IMG/VR virus record: IMGVR_UViG_3300032242_001102
Span: 1 to 61,782 of that record
Direction: 5' to 3' (one strand)
Source: a virus
Lineage: Duplodnaviria > Caudoviricetes
DNA length: 61,782 nt
In this document: positions 36,645 through 46,296 of the stretch, in pieces
Position numbering within the stretch: position 1 is the first letter of the stretch
Layout: every line of letters begins with the position of its first letter
Made by a program: the position numbers and the translations under genes
The notes under the pieces: generated by a model
Told to the model about the DNA's origin: nothing
Seen by the model: the letters and a program-made list of their open reading frames with translations, nothing else
Database searches by the model: none

Positions 36645-37978
36645 AAACCCTCAAATAGTGATAGACCTTCAACTTCTTCTGTTGGTTCAAAGTCTGGATC
36701 TTTAGTTAAATATGTATCATTATCTGTATAGATAACACGGAATTTGTGTTTGTTTGTCAATACACTACGCACATCATCAATACAAATAATACTACGTTTC
36801 AAATCAGTTATAAAATCAACATGTTTGATTGTATTCTCATTACATATTTTTGCTGTATTACTGTTAGATTTCTTTGCTTCAAATGTATTAAAGCATGTGT
36901 TCCATTTATGAAATACAGTTGCTTCCTGTTGTATGGCGTGTTCTAATGAACCTAAGTTATACCATCTTTCAGCCTTTTCAAAGATATTATATAACTCTAC
37001 TACTTTCTCAGCCATGTTCTTTTTGTTACAAGTATAGAAGAAGTTACTATTAAAGTTATTAGTCCAACGTTGATTCTCTAATACTAGTGTAGGCATTTGT
37101 ATATGTTGTTCATAGAATGCCATGCCATAACTTTCTACAATGCTAGGATTAAAAGCAATTCTAGCACTGGTCATAAAATCAACTTTCTCTTGACCAATGA
37201 TGCCTACACGAATATCATATGGCACACCTATCTTCTTTAATCTATCTTCAAACTTCTTAGCACCATTAGCACTAGTCATTACCTTAGCAGGTAGTTTTGT
37301 TTGTTCAATCAGTTCCAAAAACAGTTCAGGATTCTTACCTTCTTCCCATCGTCCTACAAACAATATACCCTCACGTGGTTTGTGATGTTCTTCAAGTAAT
37401 GCAGGTTCAGTAATAGGAATAGGAAGATGATAACTTGATTCATCTAAATGTATTTGATTGAATTTACTTTGTGTACCTACATCAATATTTGTTAAACTTA
37501 ATTGGTGACGCATCGCTACATTAGTGTTGTGTAGAAATGGGTTCTTAGTGTCATTAAAAATTTGACTCTCTAAGTGAGTGTAGGCAATGATTTGAATCAC
37601 ATCCTCAATACCCATTGTACTAGCGACCTGTACAGTCTCATATGTATTACAAACTAGTGCATCATATAGATTATGTTCAAGTGCTTCTACAATACTATTA
37701 CGAAAGTTAGCCATGCGTTCATAGCAAAATGTATCACCATACATAAAGATATTGCTATGATCGGTATATTTTAATGATTCTAGTGGTGCAATAATATTAG
37801 CTTTTAATGATTTTACAAATTCAGTATTTTGTGGTTCTTTGTCTGTAATGATATCAACTTTGATGTTATGACTATCCATCAACTCACAAAAACTTTTAGT
37901 GAATTGACCAATACCACCATGAGGTATCAATGTTTGATAGCTTACTAAGAAACCAATACGCTTATCATATGTTCTCAT
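36641..37978 (-). CDS. GT-B (GT4-like) glycosyltransferase with C-terminal extension
   Basis: GGIG, FVGRWEEGKN, PSIVESYGMAFYE. Confidence 0.88.
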   Translation of the reverse strand: MRTYDKRIGFLVSYQTLIPHGGIGQFTKSFCELMDSHNIKVDIITDKEPQNTEFVKSLKANIIAPLESLKYTDHSNIFMYGDTFCYERMANFRNSIVEALEHNLYDALVCNTYETVQVASTMGIEDVIQIIAYTHLESQIFNDTKNPFLHNTNVAMRHQLSLTNIDVGTQSKFNQIHLDESSYHLPIPITEPALLEEHHKPREGILFVGRWEEGKNPELFLELIEQTKLPAKVMTSANGAKKFEDRLKKIGVPYDIRVGIIGQEKVDFMTSARIAFNPSIVESYGMAFYEQHIQMPTLVLENQRWTNNFNSNFFYTCNKKNMAEKVVELYNIFEKAERWYNLGSLEHAIQQEATVFHKWNTCFNTFEAKKSNSNTAKICNENTIKHVDFITDLKRSIICIDDVRSVLTNKHKFRVIYTDNDTYLTKDPDFEPTEEVEGLSLFEGL

Positions 37979-37986
37979 CTATATAT

Positions 37987-38220
37987 TTACCTTTTTAACA
38001 TCCAGATAATATGGGCATTCTTATCATGCCATTTATGTTCAAATATAGGCTCACCTGGCCCTGTCCACATTGCAGTTAGTCTATATCCATATTTTAACCA
38101 AAACACTTTACCAGTTAATGCACATCTTTTAGGCAACCATGCAAACTTAAGTGTTGATCCTAAACCCCGCATTAATGCATTGTTATAAAACACATCATCG
38201 GGTGTTGGATAATCTAACAT
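37987..38220 (-). CDS. hypothetical protein
   Basis: ATG at 38220; FAWLPKRC..TGK..WL. Confidence 0.65.
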   Translation of the reverse strand: MLDYPTPDDVFYNNALMRGLGSTLKFAWLPKRCALTGKVFWLKYGYRLTAMWTGPGEPIFEHKWHDKNAHIIWMLKR

Positions 38221-38227
38221 AACTCTT

Positions 38228-39076
38228 TTATGTTCCCCATTCGTTTTTGAATAGTGGTACTTGTAGTCTGTCACTATAACGGTAACCACGATTCATTGCT
38301 TCAATAGCAACATTTCTAGCATTTAAGTTATATACACTTTCTACACCACCGCATGGCATAAAATATACCGGACCTCTAAATCCTCTAGCACGATATTGTT
38401 TAACTGCTTCATCAGCCTCATTTGCATCTTCTTTACTAGCAATAACAAACTTAAGATATACAAAGCCTACACTTTCATATTGATGAACAATATCGGGAAG
38501 TATTGCTTCATCCCACTTCTCACCACTAATACTTAGTTTAGGACTTACACTAAATGTTAGTGCATTCTTTTCTCTATTAATCTTCCACTGTTGTAGATAT
38601 ATTTTAAACTCTTGGCTTAGTTCTTGTGTGCCATTAGTTTCAAATGTAATCTCTTTCAATGCTCTCATTTTCTCATTTGAAAGTAAGTACGGATACGCTC
38701 TTTGCCAGCCAAGTAGAGGTTCTCCACCGGTGATAACAAGATGCTCATCCATCCAGCGACCGTGAGGAAGCATAGTAAGGATGCTGTCAACAATACCATC
38801 GGTAGAGATAACAGGACTAAGATGCTTAAACCTAGGGTCCCAAGATGCATAGCTATCACATCCTGTACTGACAAGCGGTAAGGATTTATAATCTGTATAA
38901 TCTTCTGCTTTAATTGCAATAACATCTCTTTCATTACTTATTTCTCCTTTATTCATGCCGAAGCCACCACATGTAAAATTACATCCGTATGTTCTGAGGA
39001 ACACGGAGGGGACACCCATGTATCTACCCTCACCCTGAATGCTGTAAAACAGTTCACTTACTTTTAGTTGTGCCAT
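38228..39076 (-). CDS. queE: 7-carboxy-7-deazaguanine synthase (radical SAM)
   Basis: ELFYSIQGEG, GCNFTC...CDS with insertion, TGGEP, ETNGT, VSPK. Confidence 0.92.
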   Translation of the reverse strand: MAQLKVSELFYSIQGEGRYMGVPSVFLRTYGCNFTCGGFGMNKGEISNERDVIAIKAEDYTDYKSLPLVSTGCDSYASWDPRFKHLSPVISTDGIVDSILTMLPHGRWMDEHLVITGGEPLLGWQRAYPYLLSNEKMRALKEITFETNGTQELSQEFKIYLQQWKINREKNALTFSVSPKLSISGEKWDEAILPDIVHQYESVGFVYLKFVIASKEDANEADEAVKQYRARGFRGPVYFMPCGGVESVYNLNARNVAIEAMNRGYRYSDRLQVPLFKNEWGT

Positions 39077-39558
39077 TATTCAAACTCTCTATCTTCACGA
39101 TGACCACCGCGACCTGCCATGTTACTATCAGTCTCACGTACCTCTACTCTGCAACACCAAACACGTTTAGCTTCTTCACTACCGCAGTTAGGCAAGAAGA
39201 TTGTATTAATGTATTCATATAAGAAATCAGCAATACCTTCACAACCAGTACGTTCTACTTCTGTAATCTTTGCTAGTTTCAATTCACCTAAACGCAATAG
39301 TTCTGCTCTCATCGGGTCATCTTGTGCAACTAATAATGTATGGTCAAACCATTCTTCTAATTTATCTTTGAGTGGGCGTAGTCCCCCAAAGTCTGTTACC
39401 CAGTTACGTGCGTCAAGTGTATCAGCTTCAAATTCAAAGTGAAAACTCATAGCGTAGCCATGAATCAAGTTACAATGACTATCTGCACGCCATTGACGAT
39501 ATGCGACAGGACCTATTTGTCTGTATGTTTTTGTTGAAAAGAATTTCTTATTTGCCAT
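39076..39558 (-). CDS. queD: 6-carboxytetrahydropterin synthase
   Basis: HCNLIHGY, DFG, FDH, CE, VRET. Confidence 0.9.
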   Translation of the reverse strand: MANKKFFSTKTYRQIGPVAYRQWRADSHCNLIHGYAMSFHFEFEADTLDARNWVTDFGGLRPLKDKLEEWFDHTLLVAQDDPMRAELLRLGELKLAKITEVERTGCEGIADFLYEYINTIFLPNCGSEEAKRVWCCRVEVRETDSNMAGRGGHREDREFE

Positions 39559-39634
39559 GTTTTTCTCCTATGTTATATTATAGCATAGGACGCAGAATTT
39601 ATATACCGGGATGAGCCCAAAGAGACCGGTTATC
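39559..39634 (-). promoter_or_regulatory. candidate preQ1-I-like riboswitch with SD-sequestering hairpin
   Basis: ACCGG-UCUCUUUGGGCUCAUC-CCGGU-AUAUAAA, then UCCUAUG/CAUAGGA stem over the SD. Confidence 0.5.
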
Positions 39635-40108
39635 TTATTTATTAAGCGTATTAATGATTTGGGCATCGGCTACCCGTTTACGTAAACTACTACTACTGAA
39701 ACTATGGTCACGACCATTGAATACTATTTCAATGTTTCTATTATAGCATTCTTCTGCACCTGAGAAGTCTTTATCCTGATATTCAACACCCAAAATACGA
39801 ACGTCTACTGGAAGAATAAGCAACAAGTCTCGTAAATCTTGCTCAGTCTGATACACTACAACTTCATCAACATAACGGCAAGCACTAAGTTGAATCTGTC
39901 GTTCTACGATACTTTGAATAGGGTGATTCTTAGTATCTGGTCTATCAATAGTTGGATCTGTTTGTAATCCACAAATTAAATAATCACAATGATTCTTTGC
40001 TTCACTTAGCATAGCAACGTGACCAGCATGTAACATGTCAAATGTACTGAAGGTAATACCAATCTTTTTACCTTCTTGTTTCAATTTTTTGATATGATTG
40101 AAAATCAT
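39635..40108 (-). CDS. cytidylyltransferase (TagD-like, HxGH family)
   Basis: FSTFDMLHAGH, ER...ACRYVDEV, SSSSLR; ATG at 40108. Confidence 0.9.
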   Translation of the reverse strand: MIFNHIKKLKQEGKKIGITFSTFDMLHAGHVAMLSEAKNHCDYLICGLQTDPTIDRPDTKNHPIQSIVERQIQLSACRYVDEVVVYQTEQDLRDLLLILPVDVRILGVEYQDKDFSGAEECYNRNIEIVFNGRDHSFSSSSLRKRVADAQIINTLNK

Positions 40109-40341
40109 TTTGACAATGTTCTCCACATTTTAGTTTGGTCGTGTTCTTTTAAGAATTCTTCCTCACCTGCAAATGTAGGGCTATCAGCCATAATCTCATC
40201 AAGTAACCACTTAATACGATGTAGGTCTTTTTTGATTTCAAACTGATTGAACCCATCATTATACTGACTGTGGAGTTCTACTCCAGCGATATAAATTTGA
40301 TGATGTACACTATTGTAATCCATTGGTTTGCGGTATCCCAT
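40105..40341 (-). CDS. hypothetical protein
   Basis: TAATG-coupled to folE. Confidence 0.7.
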   Translation of the reverse strand: MGYRKPMDYNSVHHQIYIAGVELHSQYNDGFNQFEIKKDLHRIKWLLDEIMADSPTFAGEEEFLKEHDQTKMWRTLSK

Positions 40342-41024
40342 TATTTGCACCCCTTATTAGCAATCTGTAAAAATTCAGTACGTGCCGCAGGGTCTGTTTT
40401 GAAACCACCACCTAAACGACATGTAACAGTACTACTACCAGTATCTTCTACACCACGACTTTTAACACAATAGTGTTGTGCATCAATCATAACTGCAACA
40501 TCTTCTGTATCAAGGATATACTGTAAGGTGTGAAATATTTGTTCAGTTAGTCGTTCCTGAATCTGAGGTCTTTTACTGAAATATTCTACGATACGGTTGA
40601 TCTTACTAAGACCTAATACTTTTTGTTTAGGTACATAAGCTACAGTAGCTAGTCCATCAATGACTACAAAATGATGTTCACAGTTACTTTGTACATTTAC
40701 ATTACGTTCTACAACCATTTCATTGTAATGCATCTTGTTGTCAACTGTTGTACATTTAGGGAATGCTTCGTAATCTAATCCCCAAAAGATTTCATTGACA
40801 TACATTTTAGCAACACGTTTAGGTGTCTCAATCAAACTATCGTCTGTTAAGTCTAATCCTAGTGTCTCCATAATCTTAGCAAATAAAGGTTCAATTACTG
40901 CGATTCTGTCCTTACGATCAGGAACTAATGACGGCTTTGCTGGTGTCTCTACACCCATTTTGACTAAATGTTCATGTACTCGTAGACCCAACTCTGGATC
41001 CGTTTTAGTTTTATTATAGCTCAT
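40341..41024 (-). CDS. folE: GTP cyclohydrolase I
   Basis: ETPKRVAK, CEHH, GLSK, QIQERLT, HYCVKSRG; ATG at 41024. Confidence 0.96.
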   Translation of the reverse strand: MSYNKTKTDPELGLRVHEHLVKMGVETPAKPSLVPDRKDRIAVIEPLFAKIMETLGLDLTDDSLIETPKRVAKMYVNEIFWGLDYEAFPKCTTVDNKMHYNEMVVERNVNVQSNCEHHFVVIDGLATVAYVPKQKVLGLSKINRIVEYFSKRPQIQERLTEQIFHTLQYILDTEDVAVMIDAQHYCVKSRGVEDTGSSTVTCRLGGGFKTDPAARTEFLQIANKGCK

Positions 41025-41090
41025 AGATAACCTTCCTTTGTGATGGTTTTGTTTTGACATTGTGCTACCGTTGTGTAGCACAAGTATTTA

Positions 41091-41321
41091 TCATTTTGAC
41101 TTAGCAACTGATTTTTTTGATTTAGCCTTAACTGTAGGCTTCATATTAGCAAGTTCAGCACTAGCACAGGCTTCACGAACCTCTTTTACCAATGTGTCCC
41201 AATCCCAGGCTAATTCAGTGTGCCCATCTTCAAATGTTTTCACAGTTAGATGAGTACCCTGAACCATTTTAGGCCAACCACCAGAAGATACATTAGCTGA
41301 TTGCTTCTTGCGGGTTGCCAT
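41091..41321 (-). CDS. hypothetical basic protein
   Basis: 76-aa ORF. Confidence 0.65.
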   Translation of the reverse strand: MATRKKQSANVSSGGWPKMVQGTHLTVKTFEDGHTELAWDWDTLVKEVREACASAELANMKPTVKAKSKKSVAKSK

Positions 41322-41323
41322 GA

Positions 41324-41518
41324 TTAAACCTTAAGTTTTGCTTCTGCACGTGCGGCTTTTTCTGCTGTAATTTCATTACGGCGAGCCTTAACTGCTTTAG
41401 CTAATTCTGCTAATGCTTTACGGGCACGTGTGCCTGCTGCCGCATTACCTTTAACAAACTTATCATTTTCAGCATTGTATGCTGCCAAACTACTTTCAAT
41501 ATCATTATGTGCGCTCAT
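41324..41518 (-). CDS. histone H1-like Hc1 family protein
   Basis: KGNAAAGTRARKALAEL...RRNEI. Confidence 0.8.
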   Translation of the reverse strand: MSAHNDIESSLAAYNAENDKFVKGNAAAGTRARKALAELAKAVKARRNEITAEKAARAEAKLKV

Positions 41519-41545
41519 ATTTTTCTCCTATTTAAATGAACTTTA

Positions 41546-42037
41546 TTACTCTACAAAATCTGTGACATTACCGTTCTCATCGGCAATGATAATACGTGTA
41601 TTACCATCCTCATCGGTAACTTCAATTGGACCCCAGATATATACTTCCGTATCTTCTAAGTACCAATCACCTTCATCTTCCAATGCATATGCACCGTTAT
41701 CATCAATGAATTCTCGTACTTCTTCTTCCTCGTCTTCATCAAGACCTTCAATTTCAATATCACCCCAACATCCACCATCAAACATTTCTACAAGTTCTGA
41801 TTGTTCAATGTTTGATCCTGATAGATTATACATATCTAAACTATCTTTCTTGCCATCACCGCCGGGTACTTCAATAAAGTCAAACTCTGGGAATTTGTCA
41901 TCATTAGTTTCTACGCTAAATTCGCAACTACGGAAGCCATCTTTAACAAGAATCGTTCCTTCACCTTCCCGACGAACATAATGTTCATGTTGTTCGCAAG
42001 ACTTTTTGTAATATGTTTTAACTGTAAACCATGCCAT
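41546..42037 (-). CDS. acidic hypothetical protein (paralogue of 21630..22130)
   Basis: ATG at 42037; KKS...GAYAL...W-x-LE...IWGP. Confidence 0.75.
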   Translation of the reverse strand: MAWFTVKTYYKKSCEQHEHYVRREGEGTILVKDGFRSCEFSVETNDDKFPEFDFIEVPGGDGKKDSLDMYNLSGSNIEQSELVEMFDGGCWGDIEIEGLDEDEEEEVREFIDDNGAYALEDEGDWYLEDTEVYIWGPIEVTDEDGNTRIIIADENGNVTDFVE

Positions 42038-42038
42038 T

Positions 42039-43238
42039 TTAATATTTACTTTCTCTAGTATGTTTGCGATAGTCACTATCCATACGCAACCATTGTTGTC
42101 CCTTACCCTGTAAGATATCACAGATCCTATCAATAGTATCATCAGTCCAATCACTGATCTTACCTTGATTCACATGCGGCTGATGTAACATATTGTACAA
42201 CTTAATTGATGCATCTTCAACACTCCAGGGCGCATACATTCTTGTATAGTCATTCGCAAACGTTTCTGGGAAACTGCGATATGCTGGATACAATACATTA
42301 CAACCCAAACTGTCTGCTTCACTAACTGTATTGCTTACCCAATCTTGCAACGCACAGTTAAACAATACTCTAGTATCATTTAATAAATCATAATATGCGT
42401 TTTTATCTAGGTCTTCATATACACGTAACAAACCACGATTTTGCATTTCTTGTGTGCGTTTCATATAACTATCGTTATTGCTTTTCAGCTTACTACCACT
42501 GAACACACAGAATTCAACGTCACGATAAGTGCCATGACGATCCTTCTCACCATAACGGTTGTAGAATTCTTCAATCACATCCATATAGAAGTCAGGTTGC
42601 TTTTCTTGATCCCATCTAGCACTAAATGCAATACGCATCTTACGTTCATTGAATGGCTTGATAACATTATTGACACGACTGCGTACTTCATCTTTACCAA
42701 ATGCTAGACCACTGATGTTATAGATTGGTGCACGCCAGCCTGCAATCTTCATATGCATTACCATTTCTTCATTACTAGCAAGAATGCCATCAGCAAAACT
42801 ATCAACCATCTTTTCATAATGACCCATGAACTCACTCATACCCCAGACATGAACAAAGTCATCTGGATCAATACTTTGTGCTAGACAGCGAACAAAAATC
42901 TTAGGACGACTTGTGATTGGAATCTGTTTCATGATGTAAGGTAAACTTTCAATACCAGGCTGAAACATATCTTCAAAGTATACGATATCACCTGCACCTA
43001 CTAATCCTTGCTTCATCATTTTAACAAGATTCATAAGTTGACTCATACCAAAATATGTACGTCCATGTGCATCTAGTACTTGACCTGTTACGATAGCTTG
43101 GTCATTACTAAGTGTTTCACCGGGCACGATAACATAATTGATTTTACGCTTTTTAAAGACACGTTCATTCCACTCTTGTAGTTGTAGAGTGTAACGTGCC
43201 TTATACGGCTCCAGTCCCATGTAGTACAGTTTGCTCAT
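42039..43238 (-). CDS. GT-B glycosyltransferase
   Basis: FSARWDQEKQP, ALQDWVSNTVSEA, YRSFPE; ATG at 43238. Confidence 0.85.
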   Translation of the reverse strand: MSKLYYMGLEPYKARYTLQLQEWNERVFKKRKINYVIVPGETLSNDQAIVTGQVLDAHGRTYFGMSQLMNLVKMMKQGLVGAGDIVYFEDMFQPGIESLPYIMKQIPITSRPKIFVRCLAQSIDPDDFVHVWGMSEFMGHYEKMVDSFADGILASNEEMVMHMKIAGWRAPIYNISGLAFGKDEVRSRVNNVIKPFNERKMRIAFSARWDQEKQPDFYMDVIEEFYNRYGEKDRHGTYRDVEFCVFSGSKLKSNNDSYMKRTQEMQNRGLLRVYEDLDKNAYYDLLNDTRVLFNCALQDWVSNTVSEADSLGCNVLYPAYRSFPETFANDYTRMYAPWSVEDASIKLYNMLHQPHVNQGKISDWTDDTIDRICDILQGKGQQWLRMDSDYRKHTRESKY

Positions 43239-43438
43239 GGACGAGTATCTTCCTGCCATTGATCTTTAGCCCACTTGCCAGTTACAGCTTTAGTAAACTG
43301 ACGATATGCAAAGCTACGCATATCATATAGTGTTGATTCATCAAACTTATACCCGTAATCCTGACAGAACATTAGATAGTTTTCTAGGTCCTCAAAGATT
43401 TGTTGAACACGTGGGTTAGATTGTTGTTGTTTTGCCAT
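43235..43438 (-). CDS. hypothetical phage protein
   Basis: IFEDLE.Y..FC..YGYKFDE..LY. Confidence 0.75.
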   Translation of the reverse strand: MAKQQQSNPRVQQIFEDLENYLMFCQDYGYKFDESTLYDMRSFAYRQFTKAVTGKWAKDQWQEDTRP

Positions 43439-43449
43439 TTTATATTCCT

Positions 43450-43905
43450 TTAAATAGCTAGTTGTTGATAAGGTTTGTTTGTGTTATAGACAATAGTAGC
43501 ACCATTCTCATTATCTTCTGATACTTGAATAGCGATATTACGATCTGGATACCGAGTTGCGATAACATCATAGAGGTCATCACTAATCATTTCACAACTT
43601 TTATAATTCAATTCTAATATGTTTTGAGAATATTGACTCTCTAACCATCTTTTAAATTGAATAAACTCAATATCACGGTCGTTGTGAAATACTTCAATAG
43701 ACACTTCAAAATGAAAGATATGTCTATGTGGAGTAGCTAAAAAGCTAACATCATACTCATCACCTGTAGCAAGTGATGGATCTGTTGCAGCCGCTGGGTA
43801 TTTATGAATACCTTCTTTTTGAAAACGTACAAAGATTGTACGTAATGCATGTTGTTTAATACGTACACGTTTTTCAGTCATTGCTTGTAGATTTTGTTCC
43901 ATCAT
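43450..43905 (-). CDS. QueD-paralogous T-fold protein (DpdL-like)
   Basis: LATPHRHIF (LxxxHRHxF in place of CxxxHGH), DRDIEFI, SCEM, VSEDNENG. Confidence 0.75.
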   Translation of the reverse strand: MMEQNLQAMTEKRVRIKQHALRTIFVRFQKEGIHKYPAAATDPSLATGDEYDVSFLATPHRHIFHFEVSIEVFHNDRDIEFIQFKRWLESQYSQNILELNYKSCEMISDDLYDVIATRYPDRNIAIQVSEDNENGATIVYNTNKPYQQLAI

Positions 43906-44129
43906 TTATAATCCCTATTTAATGTTGCCCATGTTAACCACTGATGAAATGTATTATACACTATTTCAGCTTCACTGTCATCCTGATTTACCCGTTTACC
44001 ACGTATATAAAACCCATCACGTGCTATCCGTAACATTTCTTCAGAGCCGCCCCTAAATGAAATAGTAGATTCCTCGGTATCACTGGTCATACTTGCCTTA
44101 ATTGTAAGTGAACTATTAACGGTCATCAT
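43902..44129 (-). CDS. hypothetical protein
   Basis: 75-aa ORF, overlapping neighbours. Confidence 0.6.
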   Translation of the reverse strand: MMTVNSSLTIKASMTSDTEESTISFRGGSEEMLRIARDGFYIRGKRVNQDDSEAEIVYNTFHQWLTWATLNRDYK

Positions 44130-44328
44130 CTAAGTCAACTCTTTCATGGTCATAATCCCATTGTGCCCGATTCAATAGTCGCAATTCACTAAAATACTTA
44201 TCCTTAGCTTCCTTCAACTTTTGAATTTTTTCAACGTCTGTACTACCTGATTTTTCTAATTGAAAAAGTTGATTTTCAACTAATCTATGTGATTCTTCTA
44301 AAGTTTTAATACGTTGTTTGTATGGCAT
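44116..44328 (-). CDS. small coiled-coil protein (DUF465-like)
   Basis: RIKTLEESH..VE.Q...L...IQKLK..K. Confidence 0.6.
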   Translation of the reverse strand: MPYKQRIKTLEESHRLVENQLFQLEKSGSTDVEKIQKLKEAKDKYFSELRLLNRAQWDYDHERVDLDDDR

Positions 44329-44329
44329 A

Positions 44330-45934
44330 TTATTCTCCTAGTGCCTCTTTCATAGCATCATCGCTATCTATGATTTCTTCCTCAATCTCTATCTCAACTT
44401 TTGGTGTATCTATTACATCAAAAAACTTATCAAAGTTAGTCATTGAATTAGTAGTTTTTTTACCACTAATACCCTGACTACCTGATTGAAACTGCATCCA
44501 ATAACTACTATAATAATCAATCAAGTCAATAGCTTCTTGTTTAGTTTTCTTACTGAATATCTCATCAACTATGTTACTAAAGAACTTACTGCCTTCAAGC
44601 TTATGAATAAGCATTTTAGGCGTAACACCTTGTTCATATTGACGATTAGCCTCTTGAACTGCATTCATATGCATCCAAACATTATGACTTTGAATCAATG
44701 TATAACTCAATGTATCCCAACTAGTTTTAGTTTCTTTACCATGTTGTCCTAAGAAGCCTTGACCTCTATAACACATGTCCTTAAGTAGTAGTTTATCAGT
44801 TACTGGACTATCTGTAAAGACTTTATGGATACCTTCAGCCAATACAGCATCACGATATTTACGTGTATCATTACTATAACTTTTCTTTTCAGCAGTCTTT
44901 TCCATACTATATGACCATTTTTTATCATGTTCAATATTAGTATTGAAATATGCTAAACCCTTAGCCGCACTATAGAATGGGCTTGCACAGTCAAAGGTAA
45001 TCTTAAGTTTTGGGTTATGATATTTACGTATAGCTTTTTGAATATCAGTAAACAACACAGCATATTCCAAAATACTTGTACCCAAACAATGAATCAAGTC
45101 ATGTTTACCCTCTTGTAATAACCCATCATGTATGATATCAACCATACGTGTTAGCATCAGATGTGGGTCAATCTTATTCTGACCACCAAATGCCCAACCA
45201 TTAAAGTGATTATCTGGGTAGATATTTGGGTCACAATACTTCTTCATCTCATTATACCAATCTTTTGATTGAGTATGATTACGACCTTGAAGTACGTTTA
45301 AGAACTGACATTTACCTGAACGATTTTGAATAAAGTATTCATTGTTAATATGTGTGGCTTTAACTGCGTCAGCAATGTATTGAATGCCATGAGCACTTAC
45401 ACCTGAACCAGGAATAATATTACCTTTACTATCCTTTTCAACAGTCTTTGGATCTTTGATATGATAAGTTGTTAATGATTGTGAAGGTATATCTAAACAC
45501 ATACCATAATCCATGTATGTATCCATCCATGTGAGAACTTCTTTGCGTTTCTTCATAGCACGTGGACAGTTAGGATCTTTCCAATCAGCAGGCCATTGAC
45601 ATTTTAATATCTGAAATCCACCACTATCACCCAACATAAACGTACCAGCTTCACGTTCACGAATGATACTTTCACTAGGATCGTCTTTAGTAGTATCTAA
45701 GTTAGCATGACCAGCACTATATAATCCCCACTTATAATAATAGAGACCTTCATTACTGTTTAAGAAGTTTAGTTTCTCAACGTCACCATTGAAGCCTGCA
45801 GGGATACGTGCTTGGTCAAAGTATTGTTCACCCTTACGTTGCTTACCTAAGCCACTAATATAAAAACTACTGACTGCAGGTAAGAACAATGCCCAATCGG
45901 GGTTTTGTTTTTGTGATAGATTATCTTGTTCCAT
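44330..45934 (-). CDS. dpdA: DNA-guanine transglycosylase (TGT fold, DpdA2-like)
   Basis: GDSGGFQ, LDIP, VLQG, AFGG, HCLG, TFDCASP; sits between que genes and the replisome genes. Confidence 0.85.
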   Translation of the reverse strand: MEQDNLSQKQNPDWALFLPAVSSFYISGLGKQRKGEQYFDQARIPAGFNGDVEKLNFLNSNEGLYYYKWGLYSAGHANLDTTKDDPSESIIREREAGTFMLGDSGGFQILKCQWPADWKDPNCPRAMKKRKEVLTWMDTYMDYGMCLDIPSQSLTTYHIKDPKTVEKDSKGNIIPGSGVSAHGIQYIADAVKATHINNEYFIQNRSGKCQFLNVLQGRNHTQSKDWYNEMKKYCDPNIYPDNHFNGWAFGGQNKIDPHLMLTRMVDIIHDGLLQEGKHDLIHCLGTSILEYAVLFTDIQKAIRKYHNPKLKITFDCASPFYSAAKGLAYFNTNIEHDKKWSYSMEKTAEKKSYSNDTRKYRDAVLAEGIHKVFTDSPVTDKLLLKDMCYRGQGFLGQHGKETKTSWDTLSYTLIQSHNVWMHMNAVQEANRQYEQGVTPKMLIHKLEGSKFFSNIVDEIFSKKTKQEAIDLIDYYSSYWMQFQSGSQGISGKKTTNSMTNFDKFFDVIDTPKVEIEIEEEIIDSDDAMKEALGE

Positions 45935-46296
45935 TAAACTTTTACTTCTTCTCTTATCAATGACTGAACAATAGTAATTTGTTCTTCTTTGTCTTTAATT
46001 TGATTCATCAAATCTTTAATAGCGGGGGTTGTTTCTGCTAATTTGTTGCGCTCGGCTTCTTGTAGCATTTTCTGTTCAGCCCACTTTAAGATACTGATAG
46101 CCTGTGGTGACAAATGAACGTTAGCAACTCCTCCACCAACAGTCAGCCAGCTACCACCATCATAGACTTTCATGCTTTGACTACTACCATCGTAGGCTAC
46201 CATACCAGTAATAGGGTTCATGGTATTGATGTAAGGAGTTGCCCCCTTACTACTAGTAACACTCATGTACTCGCCACCGTATACGTAATCTATCAT
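45934..46296 (-). CDS. hypothetical protein
   Basis: 120-aa ORF coupled on both sides. Confidence 0.75.
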   Translation of the reverse strand: MIDYVYGGEYMSVTSSKGATPYINTMNPITGMVAYDGSSQSMKVYDGGSWLTVGGGVANVHLSPQAISILKWAEQKMLQEAERNKLAETTPAIKDLMNQIKDKEEQITIVQSLIREEVKV

